A DNA stretch of 64,000 nucleotides, from the NCBI GenBank assembly GCA_038496445.1, contig JALMLS010000579.1:434001-498000 (forward strand). Reading direction: 5' to 3'. The position numbers were made by a program, and so were the translations under genes. The notes beneath the pieces were generated by a model that worked only from the letters and a program-made list of their open reading frames with translations, searched no databases and was not told the DNA's origin. This document shows, in pieces, positions 1 through 11,737 of the stretch; positions within the stretch are counted from its first letter, which is position 1; every line of letters begins with the position of its first letter. The DNA comes from Trichosphaerium sp. ATCC 40318. Lineage: Eukaryota > Protista > Tubulinea.

Positions 1-1594
1 GACTGTTTTAGGTACGAACCCAAGATCTTTAAGTCCTTGTACACTGACTCTTGAAAGAGGATTTATTCCTCCAAAGTTTAGGTATGGGGTCATTAGTTCA
101 TTATCAAAAGTAGATTCACGCCAATGACTACCAAAATGAATCAGCAAATTATGAGAAAAAAAAACATGCTACATACGCTAGACGACTGCCTTGGCCACCT
201 GTATTTGCAGCAGGTGTTGTGGTTTCTGAGTTACCGAAAATACTATTGTATTCAGCTGTTGCGAGAGGTAAAACATATCTTGGGTCTAATGTAGCAGTGT
301 TAATGATAATATTAGGCCGTATCAACCACAAAGGACCAAGACCACTTAAAAAAAGTAAGGGACCAAGAAAATAGTTTGCTTTACACTTACAGAACGTGTC
401 CCATCTCATGTCTAACGACTTCATCGAATTGCCCTCTATTGAGAAGGGATTCAGCATCAGAAATATCAAATTGTATAATGCCAGAAAGCTAAAACTAGTT
501 AATGTACAGTGAAACAAGCAAAAAAAACAAAACAGTACCGGAAGGCCATTAGCGCCACCACGGATTTCTCTTGGACCAGCACTTCCAAGAATACGTCCTT
601 CCCCATCTAAATATTGTCAATAGCGGTATGGTTATTATCTAGGTACCAATGTCAGGGAAACTGATGTCAATGTAGAGATCATCTACGAAAAACAGTTAAA
701 CACAATTTCAGGAAACCGCTGTCATACCAACATCTCTACTGAACACATTAGATCTGCCATCAGGTACATCTGCAGTAATAATTTTCTCCCAGAAACGAGC
801 AGCTTTTTCAGTTTGCGCGAGCTTAAAGAGCGTCAAATACACAGTAGCAAAACACTAAAGAAGGTCCGTACAAGCTTTGTGATTTGTGGTGTGCGCTCAC
901 CATTGAAGCCCCACTCAATATTGAAAGCTCTATCTCTTATAACATTAAAGAAATTAAAGTTCAGTTCCCCTGTAACGAAAGAAATCTGTATTCTTTGTGG
1001 TCCTTGAGTAATACGACCCATATTCACATAAACATCGGTCCACTTTCTCCATCCTTCAAAAAAAGTAAGTTTCAAAAAAAATCACGTGTTCACATGGCTA
1101 AAAATACAAACGAATCACAATACCTCCTGACCCGCGGAACACTGCTGTTTTAGTGATAGAACCAACTTGAACTTCGATTGTATTTGGGAAAGTGTTTGGA
1201 GAAGCAACACGGAGTCTGATGGTGTAATCTGCCGTCCGAGAAAACACTGGACTCTCATACACAAGATACTCTGAAGGTTGTATATATGCGACATAACAAG
1301 TACCGCTGTTTGTGGTTTGTAAATCGACAAATGGTGCTGTTTGTGTAGTACCACAATCAGCTCCGCCTAATTGTGAACATCAGTAGCCATACTAGCAAAG
1401 GAAAAGGAATTAAGTGCGTACCAAGGTTAGCAGCTGAGAGATCTAAGCTATCGGTAAAGTGTTCGGCTTCGATACGTCCAGGGACTTGGGTAGTTATCTG
1501 AGCTGATGCCTATATTGTGTTATTTGGTGTCTAATAATCAGAATTGGTGTACAAGTGATAGGAGCACTGCCAACGCTAAAAAACTGAGGTTCAT
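1..1594 (-). CDS. Secreted CBM6 + leishmanolysin-like (peptidase M8, bacterial-type) zinc metalloprotease; multi-exon, 3' end runs off the window
   Basis: Spliced translation from ATG 1594: signal peptide MNLSFLALAVLLSL, CBM6 signature VPGRIEAEHF...YTIRLRVAS...ISFVTGELNFNFF, then AARFWEKII...DGEGRILGSAGP...VVRHEMGHVLGLG...GSRLGHWRESTFDNELMTP (HExxH, third His, Met-turn). Confidence 0.8.
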
Positions 1595-2325
1595 GACGAG
1601 ATGTGATGTTGATAGTTTTTGAGTTTTATGCATTCCTTCCACTTTTTTTGTATCACATGTGGTACTACCGTATAGCAGGTAACCTATGTAGCAAATAAGG
1701 AATATTGTTCAAATATTGCGAAGGGTATTTTGGGACTTGGCACATTAGCTTGGATTTGTTTGAGGAGTTTAATCTTTGAACAAAAGTTAACCGGAATTGT
1801 TGGTAAAATCCGCAGCAAATGTTTCGATATTATTCGTTCATAATGTCTATCTAAACTTCAAAGATAGTTATTATTGTAATACCTACTTGCTTTTCTTAGT
1901 GTTCTTATCTGTAACACACTCATTTTGCCTTATTGCCAACCTAAGAACCTACACTTCACCGAAATGTGAATATTGGAGTTTGCCAGAACTATTCTGTTTG
2001 CTGATTGTTTTGGTGCCGCTCCTTCCCGAAGGCATACGTAAAATTGGAACGATGCAGAAGAAGAGCATTGTCCTTGAGCAAGGATGACACTCAATAACGA
2101 TAAACTATTCATTTTTTGCACTTTTAGTTTTGCCGACGAACCAAGCTTACACTTACCCAAATGATACAATGCTAGAGCACAACAATAGTGTAGAGTTTGT
2201 CATTATAATCAGAAACTCTAGAAGAGTTAGAAACGAAAACCAATCTAGATTGCCTTTCGTTGTCTTCCATTCAATGAATTGAATAATAATTGTGCTAAAA
2301 CACTTCAATACAATAATCAAAGGCA

Positions 2326-2640
2326 ATGAAGCTTCATATAGGTTACAACGATTCTACTGGTAAAGGAAAAAACGTAAAAACGTTCTCATACACGCTGACA
2401 GAGCGTTCAGACGCCAAAGTACATACATTAGAGTTACCAACGTTCCCAATAAAGGTAGAGAGCGGTAACGCTACGCTATTGAATGTGAAAGAAGCTATTT
2501 TTAAGAAAATGGGCTGGGAAGTAGCAAGACAGCGTCTAATTTACGCTGGAAATCAGTTAATGGATAACAGAACTCTAAACGACTATAATATTCAAAAAGA
2601 AGGTCTAATATCCGTCGTGCTGAGGCTTCGCCCCAGTTAG
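2326..2640 (+). CDS. Ubiquitin-like domain protein, intronless, lacking the C-terminal GG
   Basis: VKEAI...[36 protein letters not shown] matches the ubiquitin fold pattern; ends RLRPS rather than RLRGG. Confidence 0.85.
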   Translation: MKLHIGYNDSTGKGKNVKTFSYTLTERSDAKVHTLELPTFPIKVESGNATLLNVKEAIFKKMGWEVARQRLIYAGNQLMDNRTLNDYNIQKEGLISVVLRLRPS

Positions 2641-2905
2641 CTAACGAACGGAATCCTAATAAACAAATTTGAAACATAAAGTAAGCGTCAGTTCACTTTT
2701 TTTTGGTTTCGTCTTATTTTTTCAACCTTTCGAATTAGCAGACTCTGAAAGAGAATCCCGAAAGTAATCCTATCAGATGTTACTAGTATACTTCTATACA
2801 ACATAGTAGAATACTGTAGATACGTCAAGAATGAAAACAGTACTGCTGCCATTGATAAACCAAATAACCTAAAGGGTTTTTTTTTATTACTTTTAGGTCG
2901 AACTT

Positions 2906-5900
2906 TTAAAATGCAGCAAAGCGGTTGTTACGATCAACAAATCTGCCGCTAGTATTCTTCTTTGGTGTACGGTTTGTATTTTTAGAGTTTGGTCCTGCTA
3001 CTTTAGGCTTTCTACGTCTAGTACGCTTTGTTTTTGCAGCCAAGTCAGCCTTTAACTTTGCTTGACATGACTTAAATGGTTCATCACATAAGCCAACAAT
3101 ACTCTTGTATAAATCGGTCTCTACGTCTCCCAGTGTACCCTTTATTCAATTAGAATAACACTATAATAACACTCCTAAACTATGACTTACCTCTTCAACA
3201 ATTTTAAGGCTTGTGTAGAAAGCACCAGCGTCGAACCTATTTGGTTTTCAGTGTTGATCTTTTTTTTTAAAAAATCATGTCTCTTTGTACTTACCAATCT
3301 ACAGCATTACCCATAGGAAATGCGTTCAAGAAAACTGCGTTTACTTGATATGTTGTTTCAACAAGTGATTGCCATGTGGAGGCCCTAGAGGATCAGTCAA
3401 TAACCAAAAACTCATGCAGATATAATTATATTCAAAAGTAGTTACCAATGGAATTTTTGCATAACAACACGCTCTCTGCGAAGCTCTTCCCATTTAACAA
3501 GTTCTTCAGGTTGCTCATCGCGTAAAATATAAGCGGCAATACCACCAATGACATAATCAGCCACATACACACGAGCCTTAACATAAGTTAGAACATGAAA
3601 TTTTCTAAATTTAGATAAGATAAAAAAAAAAGCTAATATTTTGGCTCCTGCAGAAGGAAGAACTACGTCAAATATCCGTAGAACGCCATCCAAGAAGCCG
3701 TGTTATCTGAAAAAACCCTGCTACACAGTAGAGGAAATAACAAGCCAGATAAATTCAACAAAAAACAAGTACATTCAAAAAATGCAAACGCTTTAAACGC
3801 TTTAACAATAATGTACCTGAGAAAAGCATAGAAGCATTGCAGCGAGAAGTCTTTGTTCTTTTGGAATGCTATCAACATTTACGTTTTCTAGGTTATATCC
3901 TTCAAATAGCATATCGATCATTGTCTTTTGTCTTGTTTCACTACAAGAAAGAATAGAAATAAGTCTTTTTACCTAAGCCAACTTCTAAATTTTACGCACG
4001 TGTCCATGGCTACAATATCTTTAAGTTGCATTGCTGTCCACTTAGCATTTGATGGCGTATTAGTAGATACTGGAACACCTTTGTATGTATCATTGGTACG
4101 CATATATTCGACAATTTTGTTATCTGGTAGTAAGTTAATAAACCTGAAATGAAGATTGTTTGAAATATACATTGTACCTTCAGGAACATCTTTTGGAGAT
4201 AAGACAGCATACATGCGAGTACGTATAGACTTCCAAATACCCCAAGAGCATGATTGACGAGTATCTAGACAAACCAGCTTAGAACAACGAACTTTTAAAC
4301 AAAGCTTACCTTCGAGTTGCGGTGTGATTATTTGTTGCTTGTTGAGAAGTACGTTCATGGCTGAATTGAAGCATCCTTTACGGTAAAGTGATAGATACTC
4401 TTCAGGCAATGTAGAAACATCAAAATTTGTGTTTGTAGCAGTAGGTAGAGCACTATCAATGTTGGTGTACGATGCAACTGATTCTCGAAGTAATTTCTCT
4501 ATGTAACAACGTTAGCACTTCTCCTCATACTTGATAGCAATAAATGAAGTACACATACCTTTTGCAGGAGTATTTAGTCTTCTAGCGCAAAGATTTAATG
4601 CGTCTTCTGTAGTTTCAGGACCTTTCAAAGCGTGTGCGACAGCAACAAATCTATCCTGTTATAACAAAAAAATTGTTAGAGTTCGGTAGTACAATTGAAA
4701 GCACATACTCTAACCAAAACACTTGGAGGTAATGCTTGAATACATTTTTGTGTTGTCTTTGTTGAAAGTTCTGTACCTTCAGTATAATCGTTTCCTATTG
4801 AAAAAATAAAACTGTGAGCACGTGCTTTTGCTTAAAACGTTATTTTCCAAAAAAAAAACCTGCTTCAAAAATTCAAGAGAAAATGGTTACACACCTAGAA
4901 TGCTAGCCCATACAGGTAAGATCTATAAGTATGGTTAGTAACTATATATGGCTGCGTACAATTATTGTGTACCGGTACAGTAATGCCAAAGAAGGCGGCA
5001 ATTTTCTCAGACTTGTAAACTTTGCAAGAAATTGTTTCGTCATCTTCACTAAACACAATGCTCCTACAAACCAATCAATAAAAACATAAATAGCGTTGAA
5101 TCCAACCTCAATGGAATGTAACCTTTGTGATCCATTACATAGTAATCTAAGCGAAAGGTAAGAAAAATCAACCGAAATTCAAAAAATCTAGCAAGTCAGA
5201 AAAAAACGTCTATCGTGCCTGAATCGTTACCAATCAAAAAGCAATTATTCTCCTGCGCGTCCACAATATATTAGCAATCTAACAAGCCAATAATAAAGGA
5301 CTGTACCCTTGAGAACTGTGCGACATAAGGATCAGCTTCGCCATCAACGACAAAATGATCTATCTCTTCATCTACACATGCATCGATGGCAACACGCTTT
5401 GATTGTGTGAATTCCAAAAGACAATCCAAAAGAAATTCAATTGTTGCCTTACACGAAGAAGTAGGCCAATCATATTCTGGATGTAGCCTCCTACTGCTGT
5501 AGAGCGCTTTAAGACATCGTTTACAACTCTTTTAGTGCGAGATACGTTTTCTCTACCGCGTGCTAGAATCGTCTTGCGCTTAATGTTATCTGAGCGCCTA
5601 CACCATTATTTAGTGCGTTTTATAGCGTTTATGCTTTGTTTCTCACACTCCATCAAAGTAAATTGTTGGTTTAATGTCTAGAGCCTTGAAATGCGCTATC
5701 CAAGCGCGTACTTCGTCGTATAGCGTAAGTAGGAGTTAAATGAAAATAATTTTATCGTTGAAACAAGAAAACACTAGGATATTGCTTGTAGTTATGGCAT
5801 GGTACGCGGTTGGCCTACTTTTAATGAGATACAAGAGCGCAAACTTTTTCGAAAAAAATTATTACCGCAATGTAAAGGTCACACATCAGAGCATTACCAT

Positions 5901-6015
5901 CAACAACCACTTGGGTAACTTTAGTTTCGTCAGTGTCATCTTTTTTAAAAACAGTTTCCTCTGCAATTTCAGCTCCTTTCTTTTCAAGGAGAGTTGTTAA
6001 TCCGCGTACACCCAT
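2906..6015 (-). CDS. Asteroid/FAM120-like XPG-PIN domain nuclease homolog, multi-exon
   Basis: Starts MGVRGLTTLL...VVVDGNALM; internal VDGEADPYVA and GNDSDF acidic motifs; spliced C-terminus ends NNRFAAF* at 2906. Confidence 0.75.
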
Positions 6016-6237
6016 ACTTTGCGTAGTTCGTTGAGTAAAACAAAGTATGGTGTTTTCTGTTAAGCACGACTTGAACAAAAACAGCCACTCGATCAATGAG
6101 CTCTTTTAGATTATTCAGTACCAACTCTGAAAGCAATTTCGAGTCTATGACAACTACAAATTACAGATTTGTTGAAAAATGTTCATTTCGCGCTACTGAC
6201 TCTCATGAGCGGTGACATTCAATTCTATGTTGTTACA

Positions 6238-7594
6238 CTATTCTGGTAGCTGGTGACGTAAGGCAATAGTCTCTTTTTCTTCTGGTTGTATGGCAGTAGG
6301 TTCTTCGTCTGCCGTTTGTATCAATGATACCTCTACTGGCCATTTAACTGATCCGTAGGTTGTTGATGAAGTATCGGATGAGTTATGCTTCGTGAGACTT
6401 TGTCTCCAGCAAGTTAGTATCATAATGGTTGCACAAAATCCCCACTCAATGCTGAGCGTTATCTGTAAGAGTTAGATTAGAGTGTTCAATAAAAAGTATA
6501 AAACAAGAAACACTCACCACAGACTTCCACCAATGTTTTCTGTAACCTCTGACAGTCACACCAACTAGTAGATCTACGGAATACAAAGTGATGAAAGTGA
6601 GGCCTAGAAAGATGAATGCCCTGACCTAGTCATTTGTAAGACTTCAAAATAGACATTGCACTTGTAGCACAAAAAATCACGTGTGCCTTTACAATAATGA
6701 ACTTTGTTGTATTTGACGTAAAGTTCTTTGGTATTCTTTTCAGAATTCCATACATAACAACCCCACCACATATACCGTATCCAAGCACCTCAATAGCACT
6801 TAAATAATAATATATCGCGCTTATTGATTCTCGTTTCGTCGGGTTTTCAAAAAGTACGTATATATAAATGTTAAACCCAACTTGCACTACAAGGTCTCCA
6901 ATTAATAACCCCACCAAAGCTAACTTCATCCAGTAAGCATAACCACGTGCTTTATTGCCAAGTTTCCAAAGACTTTGAGCATACCTCAGCAGATTTAAAC
7001 CCCAAGCTGAGTCTCTAGATAAACAAGTTAATTTACATAAACCTATAACTTCATTCCAAGCAAGACATGCACGAATACTGTGCCAAGAGCGTAGAGTAGG
7101 CCATTCAGTGCCGGAGGAATAATGTCTCGTTGTTCAAGCGGATCAATTGAAATCCAAATCATACGGACTATCACGTGTCAGTGCATCAAATGTAAAAATA
7201 TGTGATTTTATCAAACTTGAACGCACCAAGAATGGTTAGAAAAAGAGCTATACGCTGCAGTACCATCAAAACTTTGTTATCAGCTCCATACCTAAAATAA
7301 CATTAAATTCTGACTAACGTACTCAGCTATCGCTTTGTTCAAAGTCTTTTGGCGAAGACACTCGAAACTAAGTCCCACGTGGGACTTTGAACAATTTTTT
7401 TTCAAAAATGTTGTCAGACGCACTTAAAGTAATCGTATTGGCATAAATACAGTGGTGTTATGATTACTACACGTTCGTAAGACTTTATCACAGTAAATGT
7501 CAACAAGTAGTTTATTCGTGCCTAGAAGCAACCCCCATACGCACACACCAACGATTTTAAACGTGAGTTGGTGTTGTGGACTGAATCTCTGCAT
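6238..7594 (-). CDS. Multi-pass (7TM-like) membrane protein, THH1/TOM1/GPCR-like, multi-exon
   Basis: Successive hydrophobic exons including VRMIWISIDP and LALVGLLIGDLVVQVGFNIYIYV, with a Ser/Thr-rich cytosolic tail; start codon approximate. Confidence 0.6.
7335..7394. repeat. Intronic inverted-repeat element: 12-bp inverted repeats TTGTTCAAAGTC/GACTTTGAACAA overlapping an 18-bp perfect palindrome AAGTCCCACGTGGGACTT
   Basis: Read directly: arms at 7335-7346 and 7383-7394; palindrome 7370-7387. Confidence 0.85.
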
Positions 7595-8290
7595 TTTGCA
7601 ATTTTTTGATATGGGAAATCAATCCTTAGTACTACAAGCAAGCGGCGAGTGAGCTGTAATAGTGAGTGCCTATGTTACCACAAACTTTTCAAGAGAAACG
7701 TGGAAGTTACCTGTTGAAGCTTACCAATGTTCTGACCTATAAAAGCACTATTCGTTGTTGATAGTTACTGCTAAATAATTAGAAATCCACTTAAGATTTA
7801 GAAACACGTGCCAGTGGAGGAAGCCTCAGTTAGAAGTATGTTGTTTATAAATAGCTAGGTGGGAAAGTACAGGAAAGTGCGTACTCAACGAGACTTAAAC
7901 ATTTAAATACAAGGAATTGACCTGAAACAGCGCTACTTTTCGAAAGGACGCTTCTCAATTTTTAGCACGTGACTTCTGCTCCTACCATCATAAAAAGGAC
8001 TCCATCAATCAATAACATAGCCTTGTGTACTCTAGAGGGTTACTTGAGCTCACAATCCATCGAAAAACTAGCTTTGCTAAATAGAAAAATAACAAAAATG
8101 ACGAAATGAATGTCTCCAAGTCACATTTGGGTTGCAGGTCCTACATTTATTTGTTTTGTAGATTATTTGCTTAAGGTCTAGAGGATTCAGTAAGATAAAA
8201 TATCAAGGGGGTACAGATATGGTGGTTTTGCGATAGCCTAAACTCTACCAGTAATATTTGTACTTTAAACAAACTGTTTATTTTTTTTAT

Positions 8291-10044
8291 TCAGAAAATA
8301 GTAGCACTTCTTCCTGTTGGACAAGTACTTGCTTGGCGTGAACTCCTTGTTGCGTCATACATACTCTTTATATCTGTAGTAGATCTATGATGACTTTTGT
8401 ATCTTGTTCTTTGAATACCACACCAAGCAGATAAATTGTGACGATTAGAAAACCTTCTTAATTGTTGTGTATTCTTTGCCTTTACGACATTATGTAGCGT
8501 TTTTCTAACTGCGTTAAATACTATTTCATTATCAAAGTGACCAGCATTAAGTACAACTTCTCTTCTGACATTATTAAATCCAAGAAGCTGAGCGAAAAGA
8601 CCTTCAAAAGCAAACAAGTGTCAAAAACTGAGATGTCAAAAGTCAAGAAAAAAAAAAGCAAGTTCGTTACCTAGCCTTGAATCAGACTTTGACATTGGGT
8701 CTTGAGATCCAGCTGCTATAATCAATAATACTATTTCCCCATACGTCTTTCTAAGCTCGCTTAATACATCACCTGTATTAAGAGATCCATGGGTATACTT
8801 GACGAGCTTACCACCCCAAACAGGAAAACCTGTACTTAACATATTAGGTCTTTCGAACCTGATTTCAATAAAAGTAAAAGAAGAACTTGCCGTGTTCTAC
8901 AACACCTTCCTGCATTGATGGCATTATACGGTCCAAAACTAAAGCTTTTATTTTCTCTCCTTTTCTAGCTGCTTTAGAGGCTGTGTATGCAGCTATAGGA
9001 CCGCCCAATGAATATCCATGGATCACGATCTGAGATGGTCTATAAAACTAAAAATAATCTGTTTTAGTGCTTTTGGAACCTCTGAGTGAAAATCCGTTTG
9101 TACTTTGTTGTTATAGTTTCTTATTAGCGTTGTAGCACAATTATAAAACTCCAGACCATCTTGTAATAAATGAACAGCATGAAGCTTGCCCAAACCTGAG
9201 AAAAAACATTTTTCGTCAAAAAAGTTGAAAACCTTGACTTTTAAAAATACCTCCAGCGTTAAACTTTTCTCGTCGAGATCCTTTCTTGTATTTACAACTA
9301 GTACTAGCGCCAAAACCTCTATAATCAAGACTCAATACCTAATTTTATAATAACTATTTCAGTCCACAATAAAAACGTTTAAAAACACGTGCTTTACAAC
9401 CAAGATGAACGTATTCAACTGAAATATCTCTCATCTGCTCTTCAGAGGAACCAGCTGACCCAGAATATGTAATGACTAGTATATTTCTCTTATTCTTACA
9501 TGAATCTCTAGGCTCATATAGACGCCCTCTTAATACCCTGCCCTCTGAAGGCCACTCTATAACCTTCGAAAAAAAATCAACAAAAAAGAAGATTATTCTC
9601 ACTAAACTAACGTACTCTGACTCTCACGAGCGGTGACTTGATTTTAGTATCCTAAAACACCATTAATACTATTTGGGTACTTGTAGTTTTTTTTATTTTT
9701 TGTCACGTGCCGTGATGACCGTATTGTGTTTATTTATATACCAGTCCCAATACTCCATTGTATTATGATCATGTCTATCTTTTGAGTCGCCGAAGAGTGC
9801 TTCATTCATCAGAGGCACTGTTTTATGTAATGCCGAACGAAATGGAGAAACAATATGAGAGGAGCGTAAGAACCTCTTTGTTACATCCCTACATCAATTG
9901 CGTCAGCATTAAAGAAGAATTGTATTTCAGACAGTTTAAATACCCTTGACCCGCCTCTGGATACTCTAAATCGTCGTGAATATCACCTTCGAATGCCATG
10001 GATGGCCCTGTAGTTTTCCAGACGCTCTTAGTGGATTCAGCCAT
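8291..10044 (-). CDS. Alpha/beta-hydrolase (ABHD-like), multi-exon
   Basis: Spliced motifs ILVITYSGSAGS, SLDYRGFGAS, nucleophile elbow HGYSLGGPIA, candidate Asp (GSQDPMS) and His (NAGHFD). Confidence 0.8.
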
Positions 10045-10672
10045 TTGGATAGGATTGTTCGTCTAAATGCACTTTACTTTGGGTTAATGTTGATGTCACC
10101 AGAGTAGAGTTGTGAAGTATTTTTTCGGTACTGTACTTCCCTTAATTACTGTTCACTTAAAAGAGATTCTTAAGCATGTAAGCTTGGCGTTCTAACTAAT
10201 TTGCCGAAGGTTTACTGAACAACAGTTTTGCCCCGAAACTTTCAATTACAACGGTTATTTGGATACTGCGTTATTGAGGTAATTTCGTCAGCTGTGATTT
10301 CCAGTAAGTTTTGTAGTGCAATTTACCTCATTGTACACCGTTTTGAACACACAAGTTCTCTTTAGATGCTTGTAGAAAGTGGTGAAGACTCAACGTAATA
10401 ATGTTACACAACAGAAAAAGATAAGAGGTGGTCATCTTTTGCGATGTACGGTATGCATAAATCAATATTAATTCTTGGAGTGGCATTATCCAAACTTAAA
10501 CGTATGGTATCACGTGACAAACACAACAGAAGGTTTTGAGGTAGAGCAATAAGAGACTAAGAAATGTAATCTAGGTGAGTAGCGCTTATTTGTAAACAAT
10601 AATAGCTTTTTATTGTTTTAAGATGTGGAAAGTAATTCAAACTCTTTCTATGCTACTGCAAGTGTCACATTT

Positions 10673-11333
10673 CTAATTATGCCAAGTAGGAGCGAATACA
10701 CAAGGATCAATCTAAATAAACATCAGTATCAGTATAAAGGCAATAGTGATCGAAACACAAGTCGAGAAAAAAAAGGTCATACATCAAAATCAGACATCTT
10801 TACTTCTTGATTTTCCATTGTGTTAATACCATCTGTTATGTACACAGGATATCCTTCTACTATTGACCACATTTTTTTAATGTTGTTGGTACCTAAAAGA
10901 TAGCCTGTTAAAAACCATTTGGGTGAAGTAACTCATCGAAAATAACAATACCTTTGTCAAGTACAATCTCCCATGCTCGAATGAGCTTGAATAAGTTCGA
11001 AAACATGTGAATATGGGACAACGAAGAGTAACGTACAGTTGTAGAATTCATGTCGTACATAGTAATACGATTAAGTTCTAGCTTCCCAAATTCTGTCCGC
11101 GTATTTGTAGTATTCACCTTGGAGAGGACACGTCCGTCTGGAAGTTGAATCTGTGAATGGTATTCGACATACCATCTAGTAGGTAAACGACCTGGGAAGC
11201 CTTGACCTGGTATCTCGTATGTTAACGAAACAAAGTTGTTTATCTTGAAAGGCTAGTTAACTGGGAAGTCTTCATCTTGAGATGCTACTATGGCAACGCA
11301 TATAACAACAACGAGTACTAAGAGTTGTTGCAT
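10673..11333 (-). pseudogene. Small secreted protein (weak ependymin-like signature) with a premature TAG at codon 27
   Basis: MQQLLVLVVVICVAIVAS signal peptide, then FPVN*PF (TAG at 11255-11253); the frame continues through spliced exons to DFD-IDPCVFAP. Confidence 0.5.
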
Positions 11334-11737
11334 AGCAAAGGAAACTGTGAAAGAAAAGTTGAGCGTCACTTAAACATTGTGGTTACTAAAAAAGGGCAAG
11401 TTCACTAAATCAAGGCATACTTATTAAAAAAACGAATTCACTGTCAGCTTAAGTGACTAAGCGAACAGCACTCTTGGTTGCATTGGCTGTTCTATTTTTA
11501 ACGCTAAAAGCCAGATATGACAAAGAATCCACTGCTAGTGCGCCTCATTCCATAATTTCTAAATACAGCTCGCTAGATTGTGCACAACCTTCACATATAA
11601 TAAGTTACCGATAATATTGAGCGAGTTCAAGACTGTATTTTTTATTATTTTCAGTACCTAAAATACAAATTACATAAACTAACCAGTACACCGTTTCACT
11701 TTCTTAGTTTGGTTGTAAGGGCCCGTGATTCTTCTTT

